A stretch of 64,000 nt of DNA from assembly GCA_020853395.1 (NCBI GenBank), contig JADYYY010000008.1:21889-85888 (forward strand). Reading direction: 5' to 3'. Origin of the DNA: Acidobacteriota bacterium. Lineage in GTDB: Bacteria > Acidobacteriota > Vicinamibacteria > Vicinamibacterales > SCN-69-37. The translations under genes and the position numbers were made by a program. This document shows, piece by piece, positions 19,624-32,327 of this stretch (its first letter is position 1; every line of letters starts with the position of its first letter). The notes beneath the pieces were generated by a model. It saw only the letters and a program-made list of their open reading frames with translations, searched no databases and had not been told where the DNA came from.

Positions 19624-20377
19624 GGTCGGCGGCTGGCCCGTCTACGCCTACGGCGTGCTGCTCGCCGTCGCCTATCTCGTCGCGCTGCAGCTCGCCGTCG
19701 TTCGCGCCCGCCGACGAGGTCTCGACGGGGCGCGCATCATGGACGTGGGCATCTACCTCATCATCGCCGCGCTCGTCGGCGCGAAGCTGATGCTGGTGGT
19801 CGTCGATTTCCGGTACTTCGTCGCCCAGCCGCGCGAGCTCCTGACGCTCGTGCGCGCGGGCGGCGTGTTCTACGGCGGCCTGCTGGCGGCGCTCGTGACG
19901 GCGATCGTGCTGACCCGCCGCTACCGGCTGCCCCTCTGGACCACGGCGGACATGTTCGCGCCGGGCATCGCGCTCGGACACGTCATCGGCCGTCTGGGCT
20001 GCCTCTTGGCCGGCTGCTGCTACGGCAAACCGACCACCGTCCCGTGGGCCATCACCTTCACGAACCCGCTCGCGCTCGCGAACGTCGGGACGCCGCTCGG
20101 CATCCCGCTGCACCCGACGCAGATCTACGAGGCCGCGGCCGAGCTGATCGTTCTCGTCGCGCTCCTCGCCACGGAACGCCGAGGGCGCGTCTTCGCCGGC
20201 CGCACGTTCTGGCTCTACGTGCTGCTCTACGGCGTCTCGCGATTCGTCATCGAGTTCTTTCGCGGAGACGATCGGGGCATGTTCTACGGCGTCTCGACGT
20301 CGCAGATCGTGTCGCTGATCATGGTGCCGCTGGCGCTGGTCATGCTGCAGCGCCTGCGGGCGCGCGCCCGTGCCTGA
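19604..20377 (+). CDS. lgt: Prolipoprotein diacylglyceryl transferase
   Basis: GRLGCLLAGCCYG and HPTQIYE motifs. Confidence 0.9.
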   Translation: MHPILFEVGGWPVYAYGVLLAVAYLVALQLAVVRARRRGLDGARIMDVGIYLIIAALVGAKLMLVVVDFRYFVAQPRELLTLVRAGGVFYGGLLAALVTAIVLTRRYRLPLWTTADMFAPGIALGHVIGRLGCLLAGCCYGKPTTVPWAITFTNPLALANVGTPLGIPLHPTQIYEAAAELIVLVALLATERRGRVFAGRTFWLYVLLYGVSRFVIEFFRGDDRGMFYGVSTSQIVSLIMVPLALVMLQRLRARARA

Positions 20378-21359
20378 TGCGCCTGCGTCCAGCCGGCATG
20401 CGCAGCTCGTGGCGGCTCCGCCAGATGCCGGCTGCCGGCTGGACGTGTTCGTGGCGCGTCACGTGCCTGCGCTGTCCCGCTCGCAAGTCCGGCGGTTGAT
20501 CGACGCCGGGCACGTGACCCTGGCCGGGCAGCCGGCCAAGCCGAGCTCGCCCGTGCCGGCCGGCGCCGAAGTGCTCGTCACCGTGCCTCCGCCCGCACCC
20601 TCGACGCCGGCGGCCGAGCCGATTCCCCTCACCATCCTCTACGAGGATGCCGACATCGTCGTCGTCGACAAGCCCGCCGGGCTCGTGGTCCATCCGGCCC
20701 CGGGCCATTCCAGCGGCACGCTGGTCAACGCGCTGCTCCATCACGTGCGCGGCCTGAGCGGGATCGGCGGTGAGCAACGTCCCGGGATCGTCCATCGCCT
20801 CGATCGCGGCACGTCGGGCGTGATGGTCGTGGCGAAGCACGACGCCGCCCATCGCGCGCTCGCGCGACAGTTCCACGATCGCCTCGTCACCAAGGAGTAC
20901 GTGGCGCTCGTCTGGGGTCACCTCGCGCCGGGACGGACGATCGAGTCGGCCATTGGCCGCGATTCCCGACAGCGGCTGAGGATGTCGAGCCGTACGGCGC
21001 GAGGCCGATCCGCGTCGACCACCGTGGTCGACGCCGAGCCGCTCGGCGACGTGACGCTCGTGCGCGTGCGGATCGGCACCGGCCGCACGCACCAGATTCG
21101 CGTACACCTCAGCGAGGCCGGCCGTCCAGTGGTCGGCGACCCGCTCTACGGAGGCGTGCGCCGAAGGATGGTGGCCGGTGCGGCGGCGACGACCCGTCTC
21201 CGTCGTCCCTTCCTGCATGCATCGCGTCTGGCCTTCGCGCACCCGATCTCGCAGACGCCCCTTTCTTTCGAAGCGCCGCTGCCGGACGATCTGAGCGAGG
21301 TGCTGACCGTGCTCCGCCGCGCGATCGGGCGGGCCGGCGGCGCGGGACCGACACCATGA
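20370..21359 (+). CDS. rluD: 23S rRNA pseudouridine synthase, RluD family
   Basis: S4-like N-terminal domain, catalytic HRLDRGTSG motif and GRTHQIR motif. Confidence 0.9.
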   Translation: MPDAPASSRHAQLVAAPPDAGCRLDVFVARHVPALSRSQVRRLIDAGHVTLAGQPAKPSSPVPAGAEVLVTVPPPAPSTPAAEPIPLTILYEDADIVVVDKPAGLVVHPAPGHSSGTLVNALLHHVRGLSGIGGEQRPGIVHRLDRGTSGVMVVAKHDAAHRALARQFHDRLVTKEYVALVWGHLAPGRTIESAIGRDSRQRLRMSSRTARGRSASTTVVDAEPLGDVTLVRVRIGTGRTHQIRVHLSEAGRPVVGDPLYGGVRRRMVAGAAATTRLRRPFLHASRLAFAHPISQTPLSFEAPLPDDLSEVLTVLRRAIGRAGGAGPTP

Positions 21360-21895
21360 CGAATCGACGACGCGCCCGGGCGACCGGGCATGAAGTGATC
21401 TACCAAGGACGCATCTTCCGGATCGAACGCGATCGCGTGCCTTTGGCCAACGGACGGACGCTCACGATGGAAGCCGTCAGGCACCGGGGGTCGGTCGTGC
21501 TGATTGCGCAGCCGGCACGCGGCGAGATCGTGCTGATCCGCCAGTTCCGCTACGTCGTGGGCCGGTGGCTCTGGGAACTGCCGGCAGGGTCGCTGGAGGA
21601 AGGCGAACCGCCTGCCCGGGCGGCTCGCCGCGAATGCCAGGAGGAAATCGGTCTGCGGCCCACCCGGCTGCGACGCCTTGGCACCTTCTATCCCTCGCCC
21701 GGTTTCTGCGACGAGCGGATGATCTTCTACCTGTGTTCGGGCCTGGTCACGCCCGCCCGGCCGCTGCCGAAGGATCCGGACGAGCAGATCGAGCCCAGGA
21801 CACTGTCAGTGCGGGAGGCGTGGACGCTCGTCGAACGCGGGGAAATCGCCGACATGAAGACCATCGTCGGCCTCACGCTCCTCGATCGGTTGTAA
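21356..21895 (+). CDS. NUDIX hydrolase (ADP-ribose pyrophosphatase-like)
   Basis: Nudix box GSLEEGEPPARAARRECQEEIGL. Confidence 0.85.
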   Translation: MTNRRRARATGHEVIYQGRIFRIERDRVPLANGRTLTMEAVRHRGSVVLIAQPARGEIVLIRQFRYVVGRWLWELPAGSLEEGEPPARAARRECQEEIGLRPTRLRRLGTFYPSPGFCDERMIFYLCSGLVTPARPLPKDPDEQIEPRTLSVREAWTLVERGEIADMKTIVGLTLLDRL

Positions 21896-21945
21896 TACAC
21901 GTTGCCCCCGCCGTGGCGTAACATCTACAAGCCCCGGCTGACGTT

Positions 21946-23100
21946 ATGAACCACACTCGCGTCCTGGCTTTTCTGCTCATCACCTCATGGCTTCTCGGGA
22001 CCGGCTGTACCGGAGGCGCGGCAGGCGAAGGGGCGGCGGCCACCGAGTCAGGGCGCGCCGGCGGCGCGGGACGGGGCGGCCGCGCTGGCGGATCTGCTCC
22101 GGTGCCCGTCACGACGGGCCAGGTCGTCGAGCGCCCGATGGCAGTCAACGTCCGCACGGTCGGGAACGTCGAGGCGTCGTCCTCGGTGGAGATCCGGCCG
22201 CGCGTCACCGGGCAGCTCGTCAGCGTCGGCTTCAAGGAGGGCGACGACGTCACCGCCGGGCAGGTGCTGTTCAAGATCGAACCTCAGGCCTTCGAGCTGG
22301 CGCTCAAGCAGGCCGAGGCGGCGCTTGCGCGCAGCGCCGCGCAGGCGAAGGGCATGAGCATCCAGGTCGCGCGCTCGGAGGAGCTCTTCAAGCAGGGGCT
22401 GGCGTCGCGCGCCGATCGTGAAGCGCTCGCCACGCAATACGCCATGCTCCAGGCCACGGCCGCCTCCGACGCCGCGCGCGTGGACGACGCGAAGCTGCAG
22501 CTCGAGTACACGACGATCACGGCGCCCGTCTCCGGGCGCACGGGCGCCCTGCTGGTGCATCCAGGGTCGCTCGTCCGGCCGACTGACGCGTCGCCGCTCG
22601 TCGTGATCAACCAGATCACGCCGGCGTACGTCACGTTCGCCGTGCCGGCGCGCCTGCTGCCGCAACTGCGTCCCAACGCCGGGCTCAAGGTCGACGCGGC
22701 GCCTGCCGGCACGAAGGCGACGCCGTCGAGCGGAGCGGTGACGTTCGTGGACAACACGGTGGACCAGACGACCGACACCGTGCGCCTCAAGGCCATGTTC
22801 CCGAACCGCGATCGCCGGCTGTGGGCCGGGGCCTTCGTGGACGTGACGCTCCAGCTCTCGATCGACCCCCGCGCGCGCGTCGTGCCGAATGCCGCGGTTC
22901 AGGCAGGTCAACAGGGACAGTACGTGTATCTCGTGAAGCCCGACGCCACGGTCGAGATCCGTCCCGTCACGGTGGCACGGGTGGAAGGCGAAGTCAGCGT
23001 CATCGAGGAGGGCGTGAACGCGGGCGATACCGTCGTCACCGACGGTCAGCTTCGCCTGACGCCCGGAGCCAAGGTCAGCGTCAAGCCGGCTGGCGAATAG
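21946..23100 (+). CDS. RND efflux periplasmic adaptor (membrane fusion protein)
   Basis: Lipoprotein-like N-terminus (LLGTGC), TAPVSGRTG lipoyl-hairpin motif and GDTVVTDGQ C-terminal barrel. Confidence 0.9.
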   Translation: MNHTRVLAFLLITSWLLGTGCTGGAAGEGAAATESGRAGGAGRGGRAGGSAPVPVTTGQVVERPMAVNVRTVGNVEASSSVEIRPRVTGQLVSVGFKEGDDVTAGQVLFKIEPQAFELALKQAEAALARSAAQAKGMSIQVARSEELFKQGLASRADREALATQYAMLQATAASDAARVDDAKLQLEYTTITAPVSGRTGALLVHPGSLVRPTDASPLVVINQITPAYVTFAVPARLLPQLRPNAGLKVDAAPAGTKATPSSGAVTFVDNTVDQTTDTVRLKAMFPNRDRRLWAGAFVDVTLQLSIDPRARVVPNAAVQAGQQGQYVYLVKPDATVEIRPVTVARVEGEVSVIEEGVNAGDTVVTDGQLRLTPGAKVSVKPAGE

Positions 23101-23113
23101 CAGGATCAGCGCC

Positions 23114-26100
23114 ATGAATCTCTCGGAACTGTTCATCAAGCGTCCGGTCACCACCACGCTGCTGCAACTGTCGATCGTCCTGTTCGGCATCATCGGCTAC
23201 CGCTCGCTGCCGGTGAGCGACCTGCCGGCCGTGGACTTCCCGACGATCGCGGTCTCGGCCAACCTGCCGGGCGCCAATCCGGAGACGATGGCGTCGGCCA
23301 TCGCGACGCCGCTCGAGAAGCAGTTCTCCGCGATCCAGGGCATCTCGTCGATCAGCTCGACCAATTCGACCGGGAGCACCTCGATCACGCTGCAGTTCGA
23401 TCTGGACCGCGACATCGACGCCGCCGCGCAGGACGTGCAGCTCGCGATCTCGCGCACGCGCAACCTGCCGCCCGACATGCCGCAGCCGCCGTCGTTCCAG
23501 AAGGTGAACCCGGCGGACTTCCCGATCATGTTCCTCACGCTCAGCTCGAGCACCCTGCCGCTCTCGCAGATCAACGAGTACGCGGAGATCAACGTCGCGC
23601 AGCGCATTTCGATGCTGCGGGGCGTCGCGCAGGTCAACATCTTCGGCGCGCAGAAGTTCGCCGTGCAGATCGACGTCGACCCGCGGCAGCTCGCCGCGCG
23701 CGACCTCGACATCGAGCAGATCGCCAGCGCCGTGAGCCGGAACAGCGTGAACCGGCCGACCGGCACGCTCTACGGGGACGAGCGCACGTTCGCCGTGAAG
23801 ACCGACGGCCAGATGATGAACGCGCTGATGTTCCGGCGGCTCATCGTCAGCTACCGCGACGGCCGGCCCGTCAGGCTCGACGAGGTCGCGAACGTGTACG
23901 ACGGCGTCGAGAACGACAAAGTGGCGAGCTGGTTCAACGGCGACCGGACGATCTATCTGTCGATCAACCGGCAGCCCGGCACGAACACGGTGGAAATCGT
24001 CGACGCCATCCGCGCGCTGCTGCCGCAGATCCAGAGCCAACTGCCGGCGTCCGTCTCGCTGGCCATCCGCCAGGATCGGTCCGAGTCGATCCGCGAGTCG
24101 ATCCACGACATCAAGCTGACCCTCGCGCTCACCGTCGTGCTCGTCGTGCTGGTGATCTTCCTCTTCCTGCGGAATCTGTCCGCGACGATCATCCCCAGCC
24201 TGGCGCTGCCCGCGTCGATCATCGGCACGTTCGCCGCCATGTCGCTGCTCGGCTACAGCATGAACAACCTGTCGCTCATGGCGCTGACCCTCTCGGTGGG
24301 CTTCGTCGTGGACGACGCGATCGTCATGCTCGAGAACATCGTGCGCCACATGGAGCACGGCGAGAACGCGATGACGGCCGCGCTGCGCGGCTCCAAGGAG
24401 ATCGGCTTCACGATCATCTCGATGACCGTCTCGCTGGCCGCGGTCTTCATCCCGGTGCTGTTCATGGGAGGGATCGTGGGCCGGCTGCTGCACGAGTTCG
24501 CGGTCACGATGGGGGTCGCCATCCTGATCTCGGGCTTCGTGTCGCTGAGCCTCACGCCGATGCTCGGCGCGCGCTTCCTGCGGCCGCCGGCCGAGCAGCG
24601 CCACGGCAAGCTGTACATGGGCATCGAGCGCCTGTTCGAGGCGACGCGCAGCGGCTATGCGTGGCTGCTCCAGCGTGCGATGACGCACCATGGCGTCACG
24701 ATGGGCATCTCGGCCCTGCTGCTGGTCGCCACGGTGTACTGCTTCCGCATCATCCCGATGGGCTTCATCCCCAGCCAGGACATCGGCCAGATCAACGCGC
24801 AGACCGAGATGGCCCAGGGGCTCGGTTTTCCGGCGATGGTGGAGCACCAGCTCCAGGTCATGCGGGTCATCCAGTCCGATCCGAACGTGAAGTCCGTGAC
24901 CTCGTCGATCGGGAGCACGGGCGGCCTGGCGCAGTCGGCCAACGGCGGCCGCCTGCAGATCGAGCTGAAGCCGCGCCACGAGCGCCTCCTCACCGCCGAC
25001 CAGATCATCGAGGCGCTGCGCCCGAAGCTCGCCGGCATTCCGGGTGTGCGGGTCTTTCTCACGAACCCGCCGGTGATCAACATCGGCGGCCGCGCGACGC
25101 GCGCGCCGTACCAGTTCACGCTGACCGGCACCGACACGGCGGCGCTGTACGAAGCGGGCACGAAGCTCGAGGCGAGGATGCGGGAGATGCAGGCGCTCCA
25201 GGACGTCTCGAGCGACCTGCTGCTCACGAACCCGCAGGTGAACGTCGCGCTCGACCGCGATCGCATGGCCGCGCTCGGCGTCAGCGCCGACCAGGTCGAG
25301 GGCGCGATGTACAGCGCGTTCGGCTCGCGGCAGATCGGCCAGATCTACGCCCCGAACAACGCCTATCAGGTGCTGCTCCGGGTCGCGCCGGAGTTCCAGC
25401 GCGACGCGTCGGCGCTCGACCTGCTGTTCGTGAGGACGGGCCAGGGTGACCGCGTCCCGCTCTCGAGCCTGACGAGGGTCGAGACGGCCGTCGGTCCGCT
25501 CTCGGTGAACCACACGAGCCAGCTCCCGTCGGTGACGCTGTCGTTCAATATCCGCCCGAGCATCTCGCTCGGCGAGGCGGTCGCGCAGGTGCAGCAGGCC
25601 GCCTTGGAAGAGCTGCCGTCTACCGTGGCGACGTCGTTCCAGGGCACCGCGCAGGCGTTTCAGGAGTCCACCCGCGGGCTCGGCATCATCCTGCTGATGG
25701 CGATCTTCGTGATCTACGTCGTCCTCGGCATCCTGTACGAGAGCTTCATCCACCCGCTGACCATCCTCTCGGGCCTGCCGGCGGCGGGTCTCGGCGCGCT
25801 GCTGACGCTGCTCGTCTTCGGCGTGGATCTCAATCTGTACGCGTTCGTCGGCGTCATCATGCTCGTCGGCCTGGTCAAGAAGAACGGCATCATGATGATC
25901 GACTTCGCCATCGAGGCGCAGCGGACGCAGGGCAAGTCGCCCGCCGAAGCGATGTACGAAGCGTGTCTCGTGCGGTTCCGGCCGATCATGATGACGACGA
26001 TGGCAGCGCTCGTCGGCACGCTGCCAATCGCCCTGGGCGTCGGAGCCGGCGCCGAGGCGCGGCAGCCGCTCGGCTTGGCGGTCGTCGGCGGCCTCGTGGT

Positions 26101-26248
26101 CTCACAGACGCTCACCCTGTTCATCACGCCGGTCTTCTACCTGTACATGGAAGCGTTGGCCGACCTGCTGGCCGGTCGGCGCGCGGCTGTCTCGGTACGG
26201 CCGCGGCTCGCGGCTCTGCCGACGAACGGCCGATCGCACGTGGGGTAG
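23114..26248 (+). CDS. RND efflux transporter permease (AcrB/MdtB family)
   Basis: 1044 aa. MNLSELFIKRPV N-terminus, 12-TM architecture with two large periplasmic loops, and GFVVDDAIVMLENI. Confidence 0.95.
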   Translation: MNLSELFIKRPVTTTLLQLSIVLFGIIGYRSLPVSDLPAVDFPTIAVSANLPGANPETMASAIATPLEKQFSAIQGISSISSTNSTGSTSITLQFDLDRDIDAAAQDVQLAISRTRNLPPDMPQPPSFQKVNPADFPIMFLTLSSSTLPLSQINEYAEINVAQRISMLRGVAQVNIFGAQKFAVQIDVDPRQLAARDLDIEQIASAVSRNSVNRPTGTLYGDERTFAVKTDGQMMNALMFRRLIVSYRDGRPVRLDEVANVYDGVENDKVASWFNGDRTIYLSINRQPGTNTVEIVDAIRALLPQIQSQLPASVSLAIRQDRSESIRESIHDIKLTLALTVVLVVLVIFLFLRNLSATIIPSLALPASIIGTFAAMSLLGYSMNNLSLMALTLSVGFVVDDAIVMLENIVRHMEHGENAMTAALRGSKEIGFTIISMTVSLAAVFIPVLFMGGIVGRLLHEFAVTMGVAILISGFVSLSLTPMLGARFLRPPAEQRHGKLYMGIERLFEATRSGYAWLLQRAMTHHGVTMGISALLLVATVYCFRIIPMGFIPSQDIGQINAQTEMAQGLGFPAMVEHQLQVMRVIQSDPNVKSVTSSIGSTGGLAQSANGGRLQIELKPRHERLLTADQIIEALRPKLAGIPGVRVFLTNPPVINIGGRATRAPYQFTLTGTDTAALYEAGTKLEARMREMQALQDVSSDLLLTNPQVNVALDRDRMAALGVSADQVEGAMYSAFGSRQIGQIYAPNNAYQVLLRVAPEFQRDASALDLLFVRTGQGDRVPLSSLTRVETAVGPLSVNHTSQLPSVTLSFNIRPSISLGEAVAQVQQAALEELPSTVATSFQGTAQAFQESTRGLGIILLMAIFVIYVVLGILYESFIHPLTILSGLPAAGLGALLTLLVFGVDLNLYAFVGVIMLVGLVKKNGIMMIDFAIEAQRTQGKSPAEAMYEACLVRFRPIMMTTMAALVGTLPIALGVGAGAEARQPLGLAVVGGLVVSQTLTLFITPVFYLYMEALADLLAGRRAAVSVRPRLAALPTNGRSHVG

Positions 26249-26259
26249 CGAGAGGACCG

Positions 26260-26296
26260 ATGAGTCGTGAGGTGATGGTGCCACCTCACAACTCAT
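26260..26296. terminator. Inverted repeat between convergent genes (possible bidirectional terminator, no U-tract)
   Basis: ATGAGTcGTGAGGTG-ATGGTGC-CACCTCACaACTCAT lies between the RND pump stop and the lon stop. Confidence 0.35.
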
Positions 26297-26303
26297 TGGC
26301 TCG

Positions 26304-28745
<2,442 letters not shown>

Positions 28746-28910
28746 GACCACTCCTTCGGGAAGCTCACGCTTCCCGGCAGGCTGGCCACGCGCACTGCCG
28801 TGCCAGCCGTGTACGGTACTGACGATCGTAGACGAAGGCGGGACTGAGCGAGCGTCGCGCAGGTCCGCCATTCGGCGACCCGCACGACGTGAGGTGCAGA
28901 GGTCGCCGAG

Positions 28911-29351
28911 CTAGTTCAAATCGATCAGGAAGCCAGCCGAACGACGCTGAGAGTGCTGCCGTTCGCGCTGCTCGGCGATCTCTCGGGCCTCCTCGCAGTC
29001 CTTGCAGCGGACGGCGAACGGCAGGGCCCGCAGCCGGCGTTCGGAAATCTCGTCGCCGCACTCGAAGCAGTAACCGTAGGTCTGCTCGTCGAGCCGGGCC
29101 AGCGCTTCCTCGATCTTGTGAAGCGTCTCGGACTTCATCTGAATCAGCGCCAGCTCGATGTCGTCCTGGATATCGGCTTCGGACGACTCGGCGGCGTCGA
29201 GCACGCCCTCGCTGGAGGCGCCGACGGCCCTGACGTCGCGCATCTTCTCCTGCACTTCATTCAGGATCTCTCGGCGGCGCTCTTCCAAAATGCGCTTCAG
29301 CTCCGCATAACGCGCCGTCGCCATCTCCGTGCGGTTCATCCGTGGGCTCAT
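28911..29351 (-). CDS. DksA/TraR-family C4 zinc-finger protein
   Basis: Coiled-coil region plus CFECGDEI...RCKDC. Start at the internal ATG 29351. Confidence 0.85.
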   Translation of the reverse strand: MSPRMNRTEMATARYAELKRILEERRREILNEVQEKMRDVRAVGASSEGVLDAAESSEADIQDDIELALIQMKSETLHKIEEALARLDEQTYGYCFECGDEISERRLRALPFAVRCKDCEEAREIAEQRERQHSQRRSAGFLIDLN

Positions 29352-29473
29352 CTGCTCAACCTCCGTTCCGGGTGCCGTCTGGTGCTCTTCCCCAGCGTTT
29401 TGATACCAGCCAAGCAATTCAGGTACCACATCGACGCCTATCGAGATCCAACGGCGCCCGTCCGCCAAGCACT

Positions 29474-29494
29474 CAGACTGTCCAACAGACTGTC
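29474..29494. repeat. Direct repeat CAGACTGTC x2 (12-nt period) upstream of the DksA-like gene
   Basis: CAGACTGTC occurs at 29474-29482 and at 29486-29494. Each unit contains CAG-N-CTG / GAC-N-GTC dyads. The minus strand reads TTGACA at the distal unit. Confidence 0.6.
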
Positions 29495-29697
29495 AATGTT
29501 TCATCGAGGGATGACGCCGATTCCGCGACGCCGTCACGATGCTGGCGGCCGTCGCGGGCGGCGGCCGTGAAGTCTGTTTCGTCTTAGACGTTCGAACCCC
29601 ATCATTCGGTTCGCTGGCGCGACGATGCACCAGGGCACAGAGGCTCGGCTATACTTAGATGTTTCTAAGGGCGGCGGGGAGTCGCCAGGGGACGACG

Positions 29698-29889
29698 ATG
29701 GCGAAACAGTGTGAAGTCTGCGGCAAGGGGCCCGTCATGGGCCGAGTGGTCAGCCATGCGCACAACGTCCGCGCGCGGCGGTTCGAGCCGAATCTTCAGC
29801 GGGTGAGGGCGGTGGTCAACGGCGGCATCCGGCGCCTTCGCGTCTGCACGCGCTGCCTGCGCTCCAATCGGGTCACCAAAGCGGCGTAG
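29698..29889 (+). CDS. rpmB: 50S ribosomal protein L28
   Basis: [23 protein letters not shown]...; 63 aa; AGGGGA SD 5 nt upstream. Confidence 0.95.
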   Translation: MAKQCEVCGKGPVMGRVVSHAHNVRARRFEPNLQRVRAVVNGGIRRLRVCTRCLRSNRVTKAA

Positions 29890-29937
29890 CCGCCAGGCTG
29901 GCGACGTCAGTCGGGCGACGACCGTCACAGCGTGAGC

Positions 29938-32103
29938 TCAGCGGCTGGCCCGTTCGACGGCCAGCACCCCTTCGACATTCTGAATCGACTTCATCACCCG
30001 TTCGAGGTGCTTGAGGTCGCTGATCTCGACCGTCATCCGGATCGAGCCGCGATGGTCCGTGCCGACCGCGGCTTCGACGTCCTTGATGTTCGTGTCGATG
30101 TCGGCGATCCGTGAGCTGACGTCCGCGAGGATGCCGCGGCGGTCCTCGACGCTGATCTTCAGCCTGACCGTATAGGACAGCACGTCCTGGCCCGTGTCCC
30201 ACTCGACGTCAATCCGGCGCTCCGGGTCGTAGAGCAGGTTGACGACGTTCGGGCAGGAGGCGGCGTGCACCGACACGCCCTTGCCTCTCGTGATGTAGCC
30301 GACGATGCTCTCGCCCCGAATCGGGTTACAGCAACGGGCCCGAAAAACCAGGAGATCGTCGACGCCGCGGACCTTGATCTTGTGGTCGTCTCCCCCAGCG
30401 CCGGCAGCCGCGCTCCGTTTCAGCGCCGGCACCGGTGGAGCCGCTTCGGTACGTTCCTTCAGGCGCTCCTGACCGACGGCGCGCGACAGCAGCGCGCGGG
30501 CGGTGAGCTTTCCGTAGCCGATGGCGGCATAGAGATCGTCCACGCGAGGAAGGTTGAACTCGGGAAGAAGCTTGGCCAGGGCCTCGTCGGTCAGGAGCGC
30601 GCGATCGATGGCGTGCTGCCGCAGCTCCTTCTCGAACAGCCGGCGACCGAGGTCCACGCTTCGCGCCTTCTCCTGGGCGTGGATGAAGTGCTTGATCTTG
30701 GTGCGGGCCCGCGAGGTCGTGGCGAAGTTCAGCCAGTCGCGGCTCGGCGTGTGGCCGGCCTGCGTGATGATCTGAACGATGTCGCCGTTCGACAGCCGCG
30801 TGCGCAGCGGCACCATCCGGCCGTTCACGCGAGCGCCGACGCACTGATGGCCGACGTCCGAGTGAATCATGTAGGCGAAATCGACCGGCGTCGCACCGCG
30901 CGGCAGGGCTTTCACTTCCCCTTTCGGGGTGAAGACATAGACGTCCTCCGGATACAGCTCGATCCGGAGGTTCTGCATGAACTCCTGCGGGTCGTGCACC
31001 TCCTGCTGGAGCTCCAGCAAGCGGCGGAGCCAGTTGAAGTACTGCTCGTCACGCTGCGCACCGACCCGGCCCTCCTTGTACTTCCAGTGCGCGGCGATGC
31101 CCTCTTCGGCCACGCGGTGCATCTCCTCGGTCCGGATCTGCACCTCGAAGGGCATCCCGCGCTCGCTGACGACCGACGTGTGCAGCGCCTGATAGCCGTT
31201 CGGCCGCGGCATCGCGATGAAGTCCTTGAATCGGCCGGCGACCGGCGACCACATCTGGTGGATGATGCCCAGCACGCCGTAGCAGTCCTTGACCGTCCTG
31301 GTGATCACGCGCAGGGCGATGAAGTCGTAGACCTGATCGAGCGGGATCTTCTGCCGGTGCAGCTTCTGGTGGATGGACCAGAGGCGCTTGATGCGCCCGT
31401 CGATGGCGACGACCTCGATCTGCGAGTCCTCGAGCCGCGCCCTGAGCTGCTTGATCAGGCTCTCGATGAGCCCCTGGGTCGCCGGGCGCGTCGCTTCCAC
31501 GTCCCGGCGGAGGGCGTCGTAGGCGGCCGGCTCCAGATGCTGGAACGCCAGGTCCTCGAGCTCGTTCTTGAGCTTGCTCATGCCCAGCCGGTTGGCGATC
31601 GGCGCGTAGATGTCGCGTGTCTCCTGCGCGATCCGCGTGCGACGCTGCTCGGGCAGATGGTGCAGCGTCCGCATGTTGTGGAGCCGATCCGCCAGCTTCA
31701 CGAGGATGACCCGGATGTCGTCCACCATGGCCATCAGCATCTTGCGGAAGCTCTCGGCCTGCCGCTCTTCGCTCGAGGCGAACTGGAGCCCGGACAGCTT
31801 CGTCACGCCCGCGACGACATGGGCGACCGGCTCTCCGAACAGCTCTCGGACACGCTCGATCGACGTGGGGGTGTCCTCGACGACGTCGTGAAGCAGGCCC
31901 GCGGCAATCGCGACGACGTCCATCTTCAGCTCGACGAGGATCTCGGCCACGCCGAGCGGGTGGACGAGGTACGGCTCGCCGGACCGGCGCACCTGCCCTT
32001 TGTGCTCTCTGGCCGAGAACTCGTAGGCCCGCCGCAACAGGTCGATGTCGGCGTCGGGCGCGTAGGCGCGTACCCTGTCGATGAGATCGTCGAACCGAAT
32101 CAT
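29938..32103 (-). CDS. spoT: Bifunctional (p)ppGpp synthetase/hydrolase RelA/SpoT
   Basis: HD domain (HPLGVAEIL, HDVVEDT), synthetase domain (YQALHT, EVQIRT), TGS and ACT domains. Start probably ATG 32103. Confidence 0.95.
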   Translation of the reverse strand: MIRFDDLIDRVRAYAPDADIDLLRRAYEFSAREHKGQVRRSGEPYLVHPLGVAEILVELKMDVVAIAAGLLHDVVEDTPTSIERVRELFGEPVAHVVAGVTKLSGLQFASSEERQAESFRKMLMAMVDDIRVILVKLADRLHNMRTLHHLPEQRRTRIAQETRDIYAPIANRLGMSKLKNELEDLAFQHLEPAAYDALRRDVEATRPATQGLIESLIKQLRARLEDSQIEVVAIDGRIKRLWSIHQKLHRQKIPLDQVYDFIALRVITRTVKDCYGVLGIIHQMWSPVAGRFKDFIAMPRPNGYQALHTSVVSERGMPFEVQIRTEEMHRVAEEGIAAHWKYKEGRVGAQRDEQYFNWLRRLLELQQEVHDPQEFMQNLRIELYPEDVYVFTPKGEVKALPRGATPVDFAYMIHSDVGHQCVGARVNGRMVPLRTRLSNGDIVQIITQAGHTPSRDWLNFATTSRARTKIKHFIHAQEKARSVDLGRRLFEKELRQHAIDRALLTDEALAKLLPEFNLPRVDDLYAAIGYGKLTARALLSRAVGQERLKERTEAAPPVPALKRSAAAGAGGDDHKIKVRGVDDLLVFRARCCNPIRGESIVGYITRGKGVSVHAASCPNVVNLLYDPERRIDVEWDTGQDVLSYTVRLKISVEDRRGILADVSSRIADIDTNIKDVEAAVGTDHRGSIRMTVEISDLKHLERVMKSIQNVEGVLAVERASR

Positions 32104-32232
32104 CGGCTTCCGGTGTCTAAGTGGTAGCAGTCCTGGGAGGACGGCGGACCCGGGAGGCCGCCGACTCATGATACTGGAAACCCGGGAGAAACCGGGTCGG
32201 GCCGATCGTCAGCCGGCGCCGGCCTGCCGCGC

Positions 32233-32261
32233 TTGACGACGTTTTTTCGGGTCCATATACT
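32233..32261 (+). promoter_or_regulatory. Sigma70-like promoter for the TPR lipoprotein gene
   Basis: TTGACG (32233-32238), 17 nt spacer, TATACT (32256-32261). Confidence 0.55.
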
Positions 32262-32327
32262 GACGCGGTTCTAGCCATTCCGCCAGACTGCCCAGGACCG
32301 CCCTCGGCATCTCGAAAGGGGAATTAC

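Noticed and set aside
21946-26248. The RND adaptor and pump pair without an adjacent outer-membrane factor, considered as an incomplete or novel efflux system.
   Set aside because: Two-gene RND operons that borrow an unlinked TolC-like channel are common, so nothing in the sequence is unusual.
28789-28807. Sigma54-like element CTGGCACGGCAGTGCG on the minus strand upstream of lon.
   Set aside because: The GG-to-GC spacing is 11 or 13 nt instead of the strict 12, and the -12 box is GTGC or GCGC rather than TTGC. This is probably a chance match in GC-rich sequence.
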